DNA from: Octopus sinensis | Lineage: Eukaryota | Length of the DNA: 44,350 bases | Direction of reading: 5' to 3' | Assembly: GCF_006345805.1 (NCBI RefSeq) | Contig: NW_021834912.1 | Coordinates: 1 to 44,350 of the forward strand | Shown: positions 23,487 to 35,849 of the stretch, in pieces | Position numbering within the stretch: the first letter of the stretch is position 1 | Layout of the letters: every line of letters begins with the position of its first letter | Program-made: the position numbers and the translations under genes | Notes under the pieces: model-generated | Seen by the model: the letters and a program-made list of their open reading frames with translations, nothing else | Database searches by the model: none | Told to the model about the DNA's origin: nothing

Positions 23487-23655
23487 GTGTCTTTGGGATA
23501 AGAGGCTTGCTTCCCAACTACATGGTTCCAGGTTCAGTCCCACCGTGTGGCACCTTAAGCAAGTGTCATCTACTATAACCAAAGCTTTGTGAGTGGCTTT
23601 GGTAGACAGAAACAGAAAGAAGTCCATCCTGAATATATGAGTGTGTGTTTGTGTA

Positions 23656-23709
<54 letters not shown>

Positions 23710-24026
23710 ATACATATATATGTGTGTGTGTGTGTGTATGTTGATAAATATATGAGTGCAATTATGAAGGTGTTTAATCTGTACTAGTGCATGTGTGTGT
23801 GTGTATATATATGTATGTATATATATATGTATTATATATATATATATATATATATATAGATAGATAGATATAGATAGATACATAGATAGGTAGATAGATA
23901 GATACATAGATAGGTAGATAGATAGATATAGAGTTAAATGCGGGTTTTGTTCAAATTCTTTTACTTCCTGGTACCTGTTTATGTATTTTTTCCGTGTTAA
24001 TTGTTAACAAGGAAAAATACACATTC

Positions 24027-24064
<38 letters not shown>

Positions 24065-24275
24065 TGTGCATCTGTGACTGTCCACCCTCACCATCGTTTG
24101 AGAACCAGTGTTGCTGTGTTTACACCCCTATAACTTAGCAGTTCAGCAAAAAAGACCAATAGAAAAACTACTAGGCTTACAAAGAGTAAGTCCTCGGATC
24201 GATTTCTTCTACTAAAGGTGGTGCTCCAGCATGACCACATTGAAATTACTGAAACAAGTAAAGGAATAAGAGAAT
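23487..24275 (+). mobile_element. SINE family A with an expanded central microsatellite
   Basis: Head at 23487-23630 (GGTTCAGTCCC, CCTTAAGCAAGTG) and tail at 24060-24275. Assigning both parts to one copy is inferred. Confidence 0.6.
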
Positions 24276-24629
24276 ACATATACATATGTGCACACATACA
24301 TATAAGTTAGTTCCTGGTAGATTATTTCCAGAGAAACCCAACCTGAGCTCTGGGCTGTTGGATTCCAGACCAATACCAAAATTCTTCAAGCATAAGAAAT
24401 GCCGGTTTCACAACAGTAACACCATAGTTATGTTACTATCATACACAAACATGTATATATATATACATACATGTGTATATATAAACATGTGAGTGTGTGT
24501 GTATGTGTATATATATACACACATATATATATACATACGTATATAAAAACAAGCATATCTATATATATGTGTGAGTATTTATGAGAAGGTTGTATGTTAT
24601 TTCAGGAAAATTTCTTTATTATTTCTAAC

Positions 24630-24935
24630 AAGACTATGGCTATGCTGGAGCACTGCCTTTAATTGAGCAAATCGACCCCAGTATTTTTTCTTTGTAAGCC
24701 TAGTACTTATTCTATCAGTCTCTTTTCCTAAACTGCTAAGCTATGGGGGACATATACACACACATACATATATATAGAGAATGGGCTTCTTTCAGTTTCC
24801 ATCTACCAAATCTACTTACAAGGCTTTGGTTGGCCCCAGGCTATAGTAGAAGTCACTTGTGCAAGGTGCCACACAGTGGGACTGAACCCAGAGCCATGTG
24901 GTTGGTAAGCAATCTACTTAGTGCACAGCCACTCC
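24630..24935 (-). mobile_element. SINE family A, antisense
   Basis: The plus strand has GCTGGAGCACTGCC (tail) and GGGACTGAACCC...GCCAC (head). Confidence 0.75.
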
Positions 24936-27019
24936 CACACCTATACACACATAGAAATGTATATACACACAGACATGTATGTATGTGTATATCCATCTAT
25001 ATATACATACATACATAAAGATGTATACACACACACACACACATATGAGGAGGCAATGCCTACTACTCCCGGATATATTATAAGTATCCTCTTAACTGTT
25101 GCCATATCTTCATTGCTGTTCGAGCGAAGCAGACTCACAGAATATTTCTGAGACAGAAAGACTTCAAGCCAGTATCAAAACCCAAAAACCAACCCTGGTA
25201 AATAATATTCTTCTCCTATTTATTTAACACACAATTTACCACCACATTTACACTGCTAAACATTCATTAGACTTATTTCAAACATAAATATACTGTTATA
25301 TAGATATTGTTTTATTTGCACACACCATTTTATAGTCTAGACATTGTTTAAACATTTTGCAGTGTCACATCACACGTAAAACCTTTCATTTCCAGAATAT
25401 AAAGTATGGTTGTGTTATAACTATGTCAAAACTATTTGATGGAAATGTTCATCTAAGGATAAATTCATTTTACGTAGTTTAAAGTGGATTTCTAAGTCTC
25501 AAGTGAAATTTAAAATTTGCAAATTAATTTCATGGCAGATAAATTAATTGGCTGTTTTTCATAAACTTAATTTTTTAAAAGCTTTGTTGAGGGAGAAGGG
25601 CCTTGCATATGACCCTTTTATTTTCCAGGGTCTCTGACAGGGATGAGTGGGAGAAAACACATTCTCAAACAAGGGGCCTAATGTGAATGCAGACAAAAGA
25701 GAAATCCTCTGCTAAAAGCAGCTCAGGGGCCAGCTTTTGGTGTGAAATTTGGTGATGATATAGTCTGCAACATAGGGTGGCCACAATGGGATTTGAACTC
25801 AATTCATAAAGAACCACATTACCTACTGGAAGGCATCGTGTCCAGTATTAATTCTACCACCTCAAACTAGTATTTAAATTATTGACCCTTGCATAATAAA
25901 AGTCAAAGTTGACCATGCCAGAATTTGAACCCAGAACACAAAGTGTCAGTACTAATACCATTCTAACGACTCTACTAATTGAAATGTTTTAATTGATTTT
26001 TTATTTTAATATTAAACTTTGTATATAAATGGAATTGTTCTGGTGATTTCATTTCTATTTTATATCTTGAAGCAAACAAGAAGAATTGTTTAAATGTTAA
26101 ACAATTTGGTGACAACATATATTTTCTCTCTCAGCACATCTTTATCCTACATCAACATGTGCAATGCATTAAATATGTTTTCTCACCATCTTCGATATTA
26201 TTTATCAGATGGATGGCTTCTGGGAAATATTTCACATTGTCTGCATTTAATATAAACTCTATTACAAACAAAGAACAAAGTCCCTAAAATGCCCCTAAAA
26301 ACATATTCAATCATGACAACTTATGGGAGGGTCATGGTTAGAGAGTTTTGACTATAGCATCGCTAGACAAGAATTAACTTTCAGTGAAAAATCAAAAATG
26401 GAAATCATAGTTTTAATATATTTTAAACAAATGTATTTCTTTCATTTTAGATATATTTACTGTTATAAAAATAATTTAATGTTTCAATATTTCAACTTTA
26501 TAAATTGTATTTTGGAATTATAAAAGTTTTTTATAACATTTAAAAGATTGTATTTTTAATATATTTTATAAATTACATTTAAATATTGTATTTTTAATAA
26601 TAATAATATATGTTATAAATTTGTATATTTCTTCAAGTTAACAAAGAGAATTGTCTAAAAATTAAACAATTCCAAGTAACATCAGATATACCAATGAACA
26701 TGCACCTGTGTATAATGTAATTAATCATTGTTATTACCTGGCCAAGGTACGACCTGGTTATGTTTCTCTAATGATGCTCTCTCAAGCAATAATATATTCA
26801 TAGAAATCAAACAGTAGTAAACAAGTGAACTTATTCATGTAAAAGGGGGGTCAGTTGGCAAAGGCTTTCGCACATTTTACTAAAAGACTGTTTCCAGTAT
26901 CTGCTCTGCTGCCTCTGAGTTCAATACCTAGTGAGGTCAGCTTTACTTTATATTATGATTGATAAAGAACCAGTCAAGTACTGGAGTAGATTTGTCATCA
27001 TTGTTGTTCTTCCTCCTCT

Positions 27020-27330
27020 TCAACCACTTCTTTCTTCTATGTGCAAGACATTGCCAGGGGTTACACAAGTAGAGAGAAAGGCTCCTCCAGATTTCAAATC
27101 TCTTCAAGTCATTCTAATCTATTATGTCATCTGGTTGACCTCTTTTGATTTTAAATACAGCCAGAGAGGTCAGATCTTCTGATGCTGTTTTTCAACTTAT
27201 TTTCCATCAATGTAGACCCAGAGTTTATTTACATGCCTCCTCTTCATCCATTTCCTCCCTCTTTCATCGTTCTTCTCTTTGTTTATATTATCAAGTCTGC
27301 AACAACTGTTGTAGTTGACCCTTCCACTTT
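27020..27330 (-). mobile_element. Possible highly decayed 3' end of an RTE-like LINE
   Basis: A minus-strand frame reads RGQP...D*NDLKRFEIWRS, loosely like the RTE RGRP..W.D...DL...WR C-terminus. Confidence 0.3.
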
Positions 27331-27529
27331 TTTCAGCCGTTTAAGGCTCTGGTCTCAAAGACACCCATCCGGTCACTGCCACTGTGCTTCTGTTCTTGTT
27401 GTTGTTGTTGTCAACACCAGCTCATTGGCCATTCCCAGCATCAGCTCTGCCACTATAAATCCGTATGGAGTCAGGATCTTTAGGTTTGTGAATCTGTGGT
27501 GTATATATATATATATACACACACACACA

Positions 27530-28166
27530 GGAGTGGCTGAGTGGTAAGAAGCTTACTTCCCAACCACATAGTTCCGGGTTCAGTTCCACTGCGTGATACT
27601 TTGAGCGAGTGTTTACTATTATAGCCTCAGGCCAACCAAAGACTTGTGAGAGGATTTGGTAGACGGAAATGAAAGAATATCATCATCATTGTTTAACGTC
27701 CGCTTTCCATGCTGTCATGGGTTGGACAATTTGAGTGAGGACAGGTGAACCAGATGGCTGCACCAGGCTCCAATCTCATCTGGCAGAGTTTCTATAGCTG
27801 GATGCCCTTCCTAATGCCAACCATTCCGAGAGTGTACTGGTTGCTTTTACGTTACACCAGCACAAGGGCCAGTCAGGTGATACTGGCAACGACCACACTC
27901 AAATGGTGCCTTTTACGTGCCACCTGCACAGGAGCCAGTCCAGCGGCACTGGCTACGACCTCGCTAGAATCATTTTTTGTGCCACCAGCACAAGGGCCGA
28001 TGAGGCAATGCTGGTAGCGATCACGCTCAAATGGTGCTTTTCATGTGCCACTGGCATGGGAGCCAGACAGCTGCTCTGGCAATGATCACACTCGGATGGT
28101 GCTGTTAGTGCTCCACTGGCACGGGTGCCAGTCATCGAATTTGGTTCAATTTCGATTATATATATA

Positions 28167-28247
<81 letters not shown>

Positions 28248-28440
28248 TTGTCCCCCAGCTTCGCTTGACAACCGATTTTGATGTGTTTGCGTCCCTGTAT
28301 CTTAGCGATTTGGCAAAAGAGACTGATAGAATAAGTATTGGGCAAAACAAAGAAAAGAGCTGGGGTCCATTTATATTTGACTACAGGCGGTGCTCCAGCA
28401 TGGCTGCAGTCAGTTGACTGAAACAAATAAAGGAATACAA
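27530..28440 (+). mobile_element. SINE family A interrupted by an antisense RTE 3' tail
   Basis: Head at 27530-27678, insert at about 27679-28155, tail at about 28240-28440. Confidence 0.7.
27679..28155 (-). mobile_element. RTE 3' UTR/tail fragment (non-autonomous or truncated)
   Basis: ATCATCATC...CCATGCTGTCATGGGTTGGAC...GGATGCCCTTCCTAATGCCAACC...TTTTACGTGCCACC repeats. Confidence 0.8.
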
Positions 28441-28534
28441 TATATACATATATATATATTATGAGAGACAACGTAAAGGGGGAATGGTAATGTGGGAGGT
28501 GACAAGAATTAGAAGCAGTGGGGCAGGGGCACAA

Positions 28535-28880
28535 GAGTGGCTGTGTGGTAAGAAGCATGCTTGCCAACCACATGGCTCTGGGTTCAGTCCTATTGCATGG
28601 CACATTGGGCAAATCAAAACCTTGTGAGTGGATCTGTTAGACGGAAACTGAAAGAAGCCCATCAGATATATTTATGTGTCTCTGTTTGTCCCACCAACAG
28701 AGCTTGACAACCAATATTGGTATGTTTACATCCTTGTAACTTAGCAATTTGGCTAAAGAGACCAATAGAATAAGTATTGGTCTTAGAAAGAATAAGTCCT
28801 GAGGTTGATTTGTTTGACTAAAGGCAGTGCTCTAGCATGGCCACACTCAAATGACTGAAGCAAGTACAAGAATTAAAGAA
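28535..28880 (+). mobile_element. SINE family A, near full length
   Basis: GAGTGGCTGTGTGGTAAG...GGGTTCAGTCC...GTGCTCTAGCATGGCC...GAAGCAAGTACAAGA. Confidence 0.8.
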
Positions 28881-28914
28881 TATATATATATATATATATA
28901 TACACGTGGCCTTA

Positions 28915-29245
28915 CTTGTGCCCGGGCTAGTAGGGTGCTAAGAGCATCATCCAAGCGTGATCGTTGCCAGAGTGGTTAACTGGCTTCCGTGTCAGTGGCA
29001 CGTAAATGACACCATTCGAGTGAGGTCGTTGCCAGTACCGCCTGACTGGCCCTCCTGCCGGTGGCACGTAAAATGCACCCACTACACTCTCGGAGTGGTT
29101 GGCGTTAGGAAGGGCATCCGGCTGTAGAAACTCTGCCAGATCAAGATTGGAGCCTGGTGCAGCCATCTGGTTTGCCAGCCCTCAGTCAAAATCGTCCAAC
29201 CCATGCTAGCATGGAAGGCAGACGTTAAACGATGTTGATGATGAT
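28915..29245 (+). mobile_element. RTE 3' tail fragment
   Basis: GTGGCACGTAAAATGCACC...GGTTGGCGTTAGGAAGGGCATCC...CCCATGCTAGCATGG...GATGATGAT. Confidence 0.8.
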
Positions 29246-29288
29246 ACATAATATATATATATTATTATATACATATGTATATATATAT

Positions 29289-29335
<47 letters not shown>

Positions 29336-29599
29336 TCTATACACACATACACACATAATATATATATATATGTTTTGTCCAACCCATGCTAGCATGGAAA
29401 ACGGACGCTAAATGAATGATGATGATGTTTATGTAAAAGAAGGGAATGAAATGTTGAAGTTGATATTTAAAAGGAGACAGTGAATGAGAGAGAGAGAGAG
29501 AGATGAAAGTAAAAGGGGACATATGAAGGATATGAAATAGGAAAAGTATGGTTGTTGTTGTTATTGTTTATTATTATTATGATGATGATGATGATGATG

Positions 29600-30300
29600 T
29601 AGGTGGTGAGCTGGCAGAACAGTTAGCATGCTGGGCAAAATGCTTGGCAGCATTTTGGTTGTCTTTACGTTCTGAGTTCAAATATTGCCGATGTCAACTT
29701 CCATTCTTTCAGGGTCGATAAAATAAGTACCTTTCGAGTTCTGGGGTCGCTGTAATCAACTTACCTGCTCCCCTGAAACTGCTGGCCTTGTGCTAAAATT
29801 TGAAGCCATTCTTATTATTATCAATATTATGATGACTCGTTTGCCGTTACAGTCTGAGTTCAAATTCCACCAAGGTCGACTTTGCCTTTCTTCCTTTTGG
29901 GGTCAATTCAATAAGTACCAGTTACACACTGGAGTTGTGCAACTGGTACTTATTCCACCAAATTCCACAAGGTCGACTTTGCCTCTCATCCTTTTTCTGA
30001 TTGATAAAATAAGAACCAGTTAGGGGCTGGGTCTGATGTAATAACTAGTCCCCTCACCCGAAATTTCAGGCCTTCTTCCTATAGTAAGAAAGGATTATTA
30101 TTATTATTATTACTGTGACGAGCCGGCAGAATTATGTGGATGCAAAGCAGAATTTTGACCGTCTTTACATTCTGAGTTCAAATTCCACCAAGGTTGATTT
30201 CGCCTTTCATCCTTTTGGGATTGATAAATTAAGTTCTAGCTGAGTACTGGGGCCCCCTTCCTTGAAATTGCTGGCCTTGTGCCAAAATTTAAAATCAGTT
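29600..30300 (+). mobile_element. Cluster of SINE family B copies and fragments
   Basis: CTGAGTTCAAATT..CC.AGGTCGACTTTGCC-like cores near 29670, 29852, 29960 and 30170. Confidence 0.75.
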
Positions 30301-30309
30301 TTATTATAA

Positions 30310-30560
30310 TAGGAATATCAGAATATCATAAAAAATAGAGATTTTTATAGAAAAAAAGCACCTTTTTGATGTAAATAATTTTTGGTGTTAACATGGTCCA
30401 ATTTGAATTTTTTCTTCTGCGGAAGGAAGAGCAAACCTTCTTCTATCACACTCTCAATTTTGGTCAACTTGCGCGGCAGGATCTCGGAGGAGACAGTGTT
30501 AGTTGAAGGCTAACAAACCTGCCATACACAGACAACTTCAGCTTTATATATAGAGAGATA
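30310..30560 (+). mobile_element. Second Helentron/DINE-like non-autonomous 3' part
   Basis: AATTTTGGTCAACTTGCGCGGCAGGATCTCGGAGGAG...CACAGACAACTTCAGCTTTATATATAGAGAGAT terminus. Confidence 0.45.
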
Positions 30561-30944
30561 ATTAGGGTTCAGCTAACTGCTTCACCACATCCCGAAATTA
30601 GAAATGGGAGTTAAAAATTCCTTTTCTACTACTATAAGAATCTCCATGACGGTAAACATACTTTTTTACGAAGGCAAAGAGAAAGACAATGAATCAACAT
30701 GACCAGAATTAATTATATACGTGTTTCGAGATTAAAGTAATTTGAATTTTACTTACTTCTCTCTTCAGTACAATATTTCCAATTTTTATAAAATTTCAAA
30801 GTGCTATGACTGAATATGTACACAATCGAGCCTAATTATAATTATATGGATAATTTTACCTATAAAGGTAATTTTAACATACCGATCTACTTGGTAAAAT
30901 TGTTAATTAATTGATTAATTAATTAATTAAATTACTGTGCTAGC

Positions 30945-31297
30945 GGGGTGCAAAGAGCACCATACGAGTGTGGTCGCTGACAGAGCGGCTAACCGGGTTC
31001 TTTGCCAGTGGCACATAAAAGGCACCATTCAAGTGTGATCGTTACCAGCGTCGGCTTACTGGCACTCGAGCCCCGTGCTAGTAGGGTGTTAAGGGCACCA
31101 TCCGAGCATGATCGTTGCCAGAGCAGCTATCTGGCCTCCATGCCGATGGCACGTAAAACACACCATTCGAGTGTGATCATTACAGCATTGCCTTACTGGC
31201 ACCTATACCAGTGGCATGTGTAAAAGATTCGAGCGAGGTCATTGCCAGTACTGCCTGACTGGCCCCGTGCCAGTGACACGTAAAAGCACCCACTACA
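30945..31297 (+). mobile_element. RTE 3' UTR repeat-array fragment
   Basis: GTGGCACATAAAAGGCACCATTCAAGTGTGATCG-type units recur and end in AAAAGCACCCACTACA. Confidence 0.7.
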
Positions 31298-31638
31298 GTT
31301 GGGTGCTGGGGTTGATGTAATCGACTAGACCCCACACCCAAAATTTCAGGCCTTGTGCCTATAGCAGAAAGGATTATTGTTATTATTATTATCTTCAGAA
31401 TATCACCAAAAAAAGATGGGGGCATGGCTGTAAGGTTAAGGAATTCACTTTGCAATCTTGTGGTTTCAGGTTCAGTCCCACTTTGCAGCACCTTAAAGAA
31501 TTAACTTCTTCTAATGTTCCAGGTCGACTCAAGCCTTGTGAGTGGGTTTCGTACATGGAACTGATAAAGCCTATGGTATATACATGTGGGTGTATATTCA
31601 TGTATGCATATCTACATTTGTACTTGTATGTGTATGCA

Positions 31639-31689
<51 letters not shown>

Positions 31690-32639
31690 TATGTCTGCTC
31701 ATGTCTCCTTGTCTTGACATCTGCTGCGAATTATAAACAAATGTCACGTCAAACAAACAGAGTCGTTTGTTTGCAGTGTTCCACCAGAAAACATATCCAA
31801 CCATTGTGCTGTTCATGTTGGAAGAACTTGGGGAAATATTCTCTTGCTTGAAACCAGGTGAGGATTGGTGACCCTCATCGAGTGTAGTCATAGACTTGAC
31901 TGAGTGGGACTCACAAGAACCTGGCAAAAAACAAAACAAAATTATTAGAAGGAAAATGCAGAAAAGAAAATACATCATCTGATGTATTATAAAGGTTTTG
32001 ATATCCATTTTCCCTAACTGGCATGGGTAGGACAGTTGACGAGGAAGCAGTGAACCAGAGGACATTGCTGAGCTCCAATGAAAGATTTGGCAAGATTTCT
32101 ACAGCTGGATGATCTTCTTAACACCAGATGCACACATACACGTGTGTGTGTGTTTATGCATGCATAAGAGTATATGAATGAATAAACATGGGTTTACTTA
32201 TGTTTGATTGCACATCTGATTTTGTATGCTAGCATGGGTTAGGTGAATATATTATTGTAGCCTTGTTTTACAGACAGACAGCCTTCCTATTGCTCACCCA
32301 AAACCATTTTGCAAGAACAAAAGTTCTTATTTCCCATGTCTTCCAAGGTGGGGGTGAATGATTGACAGATGTTTCTGCTTGGAGCAATTTAAAAGAGATT
32401 GCAAACATAAACAAATGCACAGACACCTATGCGCACACACACTCAGCTCGAGTTCACTGCTTCCTGTAGCAGAAACAGCTGGAAGCTAATGAACGTGTCT
32501 ACGTAACTCTTGTTCTTTTGTCGTTCATTGATTCATATCTATAAACATACATAGACACAAACATTTATACACGGGTACGTGAAGGTATATTCATATAGTT
32601 TCACACGTGCATTTATGTATATGTGTATGTATGTATATA

Positions 32640-34008
32640 TCATCATCATGATAATTTAATGTCCTCTTTCCATGCTAGCATGGGTTGGACAATTTGACTG
32701 AAGGCTGGTGAACCAGATGGTTGCACCAGGCTTCAATCTTGATCTGGCAGAGTTTCTACAGCTGGATGCTTTTCCTAACGCCAACCACTCTGAGAGTGTA
32801 GTGGGTGCTTTTACGTGTCACCGGCACGGGGCCAGTCACGCGATACTGGTAATGACCTTGCTCAAATCTTTTACACGTGCCAGTAACGCAATGCTGGTAA
32901 TTATCAAGCTCGAATGGCGACTTTTATGTGCCACCGGCATGGAAGCCGGTTAGCCACTCTGTCAACGATCACACTCGTATGGTGCTCTTTGCTCCCCGCT
33001 AGCACAGATGCCAGTCATCGGATTTGATTTGATTTCACTTGCATCAACAGGTCTTCGCAAGCAGAGTTTTAGTGTCCAAAGAAGGAAGAGGAACGCATAA
33101 GTGAGCTGGTTACGTCCCTGGCATAGGCCACGAGGTTATGTTCTCATGTGGCTTGCCGAGTCTTCTCATGCACGGCATATTTCCAAAAGTGTCTGTCACT
33201 AATCATTTCCTTGGTGAGGCCTAAAGTTCGAAGGTCATGCTTCACCACTTCATCCCAGGTTTTCCTGGGTCTACCTCTTCCACAGGTTCCCTCAACTGCT
33301 AGGGTGTGGCACTTTTGCACACAACTATCTTCAGCCATTCTCGTCACATGACCATACCAGCGCAGACGTCTCTCTTGCACACCACAACTGATGCTTCTTA
33401 GGTCCAATATTTCTCTCAAGGTACTTACACTCTGTCGAGTATGCACACTGACATTACATATCCATCAGATCATACTGGTTTCATTCCTTGCGAGCTTACG
33501 CATGTCCTCAGCAGTCACAGCCCATGTTTCACTGCCAAATAGCATGGCTGTTTGTACACATGCGTCATACAGTCTACCTTTTACTCTGAGTGAGTGGCCC
33601 TTTGTCACCAGCAGAGGTAAGAGCTCTCTGAACTTTGCCCAAGCTACTCTTATTCTAGCAGCTACACTTTCAGCGCACCCTCCCCCACTACTGACTTGGT
33701 CACCTAGGTAATAGAAGCTATCAACTACTTCTAGTTTCTTCCTGGAATGTGGCGAAAGTTGTTCTCTGTGCATTTTCAGTGTTTATTGCACCCGAGAATC
33801 TGCCACATGCAAAAGCTATCTTCCCAGTTAGCCTTCCTTTGATATTGCTGCACCTCTTATGTATCCATAGCTTACACTGGGTACATCTTAGAGTTTCTAC
33901 CCAAACCTCAACTACAGATCGGGCAGGGCCATCTACCTGAAAGAATTTGTGGTTTGCTTGCCTTCCCACTTATTAGGACTTTGGTTTTAGCTAGGTTGAC
34001 TCTAAGGC

Positions 34009-34010
<2 letters not shown>
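32640..34010 (-). mobile_element. 5'-truncated RTE-clade LINE, second copy
   Basis: The minus-strand ORF pieces encode KGLRVNLAKTKVL...RWPCPIC, CTQCKLWIHKRCS, LYDACVQTAMLFGSETW and RRLRWYGHV...GRPRKTW. The 3' UTR ends in the tail near 32640, and the 5' end is in (TA)n near 34012. Confidence 0.9.
33144..34010 (-). pseudogene. Frameshifted RTE RT ORF remnant with a PHD-like finger
   Basis: Homologous to 259-987 but split over four overlapping ORFs (33144, 33465, 33721, 33908). Confidence 0.85.
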
Positions 34011-34056
<46 letters not shown>

Positions 34057-35849
34057 TATTTAGCAGAAGTAACAAAGTGACCCAAAATCCAAAAGTTTCG
34101 TTTATTAGCATTTATCAAACTGGTTCTTTGGAGGTATATTCCCAGACCTCCAAACACCACTTTGATGAGTGTCAACTCTTGGACCTTGAGTCCCAACTGT
34201 CATGCCCCTATCACCCCTACCTCTATCTTTCATCTCTCAATCACTCTCTCTTCTTCTTTTTACTCTACTATCTTACTACTGTGACAAAGATTGGCAGTAA
34301 ATCTCTTCTCTTCACCATTCTTCCAATGAAACTAGGGATGTTACTGGACCTACCTGAGTCTCTCCCCAACACTCAGCCACTCCTTTTCATATATTTATTA
34401 CCCTAGATCTCTCACACATCCCAGGGTATATGTCACACCAGAGATTGAGGGGAACGTTTAGTTTGTCAAGGACATGGCGATTGTCTCTAGCGATGGTACC
34501 ATAAGATGCACCCAGTGCACATTGTGCGCAAGGTGGTTGTGTCAGGAAGAGCATCCAGCTGCAGAAAGAAAACCAGAAATGTAACTTCAGGCAAGATATT
34601 CTCTGAACCATCCAACCCATTCCAGCTGGAAAGTGGGGGGTAAAATGATGATCATCATATACATACATACTGGATGTATTATACATATGTGCATCCTTGT
34701 GTATATTATTACACATTCATTCTATCATATATATATATGTATGATCCTGAAGAAGGTTCTCTTTTATTTTATTTCATTCCTGGGGTCATAGAGTAAAGTC
34801 ATTATTTCATAGACCAAGGAGGCGGTGGAGGATCATGATGATGATGGGTCACCAGAATATCATTAACAACACACCCACCAATATTCCTAATCCACCTCAT
34901 TAACCCCTAATACTTCATAAACTACAAAAATAACTCCTACACTAACCACACAACAAAACACACTTCACCTGCCAAACCCCTTTTCATACAAAACACATCT
35001 TTCTCATTTCTACTACCCAAACATTGTCCCTTATATTAAAGATAATTAAGATGAACCTACCTTCATTAATTTGGGCTTATTCATTAACCAATCTTTATGA
35101 TCTCAATCAGCAAACAAATAAATAAACAGATCCTCATATCAACATGCTGTCTATCAGTTGATTATATGAAGCCATCTTTGGATAAGCTTTCCGAGTTAAT
35201 CAAATTGTGTATGATAATTGTGTGGATGTATTGAAATGTCGAGAGATTTACCGCATTTGTCAGGTTTAGAACAGTTTCATCTCCAGCTTATTCATATCTG
35301 TTAATCCAGGTAAATATGATGGAAACCAAGCCAACCATGATGTCCCATCATTAGTAATACTTGTACCTGACAAATGTCTATGAAACATAATAAAGTCTTG
35401 TTTTGCTAATTGTTCCATGTTAACGAAGTAGTTGAACATGATTGCTGTGTTGGGACATAATATAGCATGTACACCAATTAAAGTTAATTTTCTCTACAGC
35501 TTAGAGTGTCTCGTTATTGAGTGCTTTTGGAGCAGGGGAATCTCTTTGACTAATTATCGTTAAATAAATCTAAACCACACATGACTATTTCTTTGTGATG
35601 TTGAGAGCAAATATCATTTCCAGTGAAAATAATTATTCTAATATTTAGACTCCATGTAATTAATGAAACTTAATACATCTTAGAATAGATTGTAATAAGT
35701 TGTTTAAATATTATTAGACAAGATTAATTCATGACAGAAATACATAAATGTTTGTTTGTGTTTTTCAAATGATGAAGCAAACATCATCTCCTGAAACTTC
35801 AATATTTTCAAAAGCTAAATGTTTTCCTTATATTCTTTACAGATTCACT

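Noticed and set aside
35270-35375. Minus-strand peptide SWLAWFPSYLPGLTDMNKLEMKLF, vaguely like an ABHD4/5 N-terminus
   Set aside because: It ends in a stop before any donor, and the similarity is a few aromatic and proline residues judged by eye.
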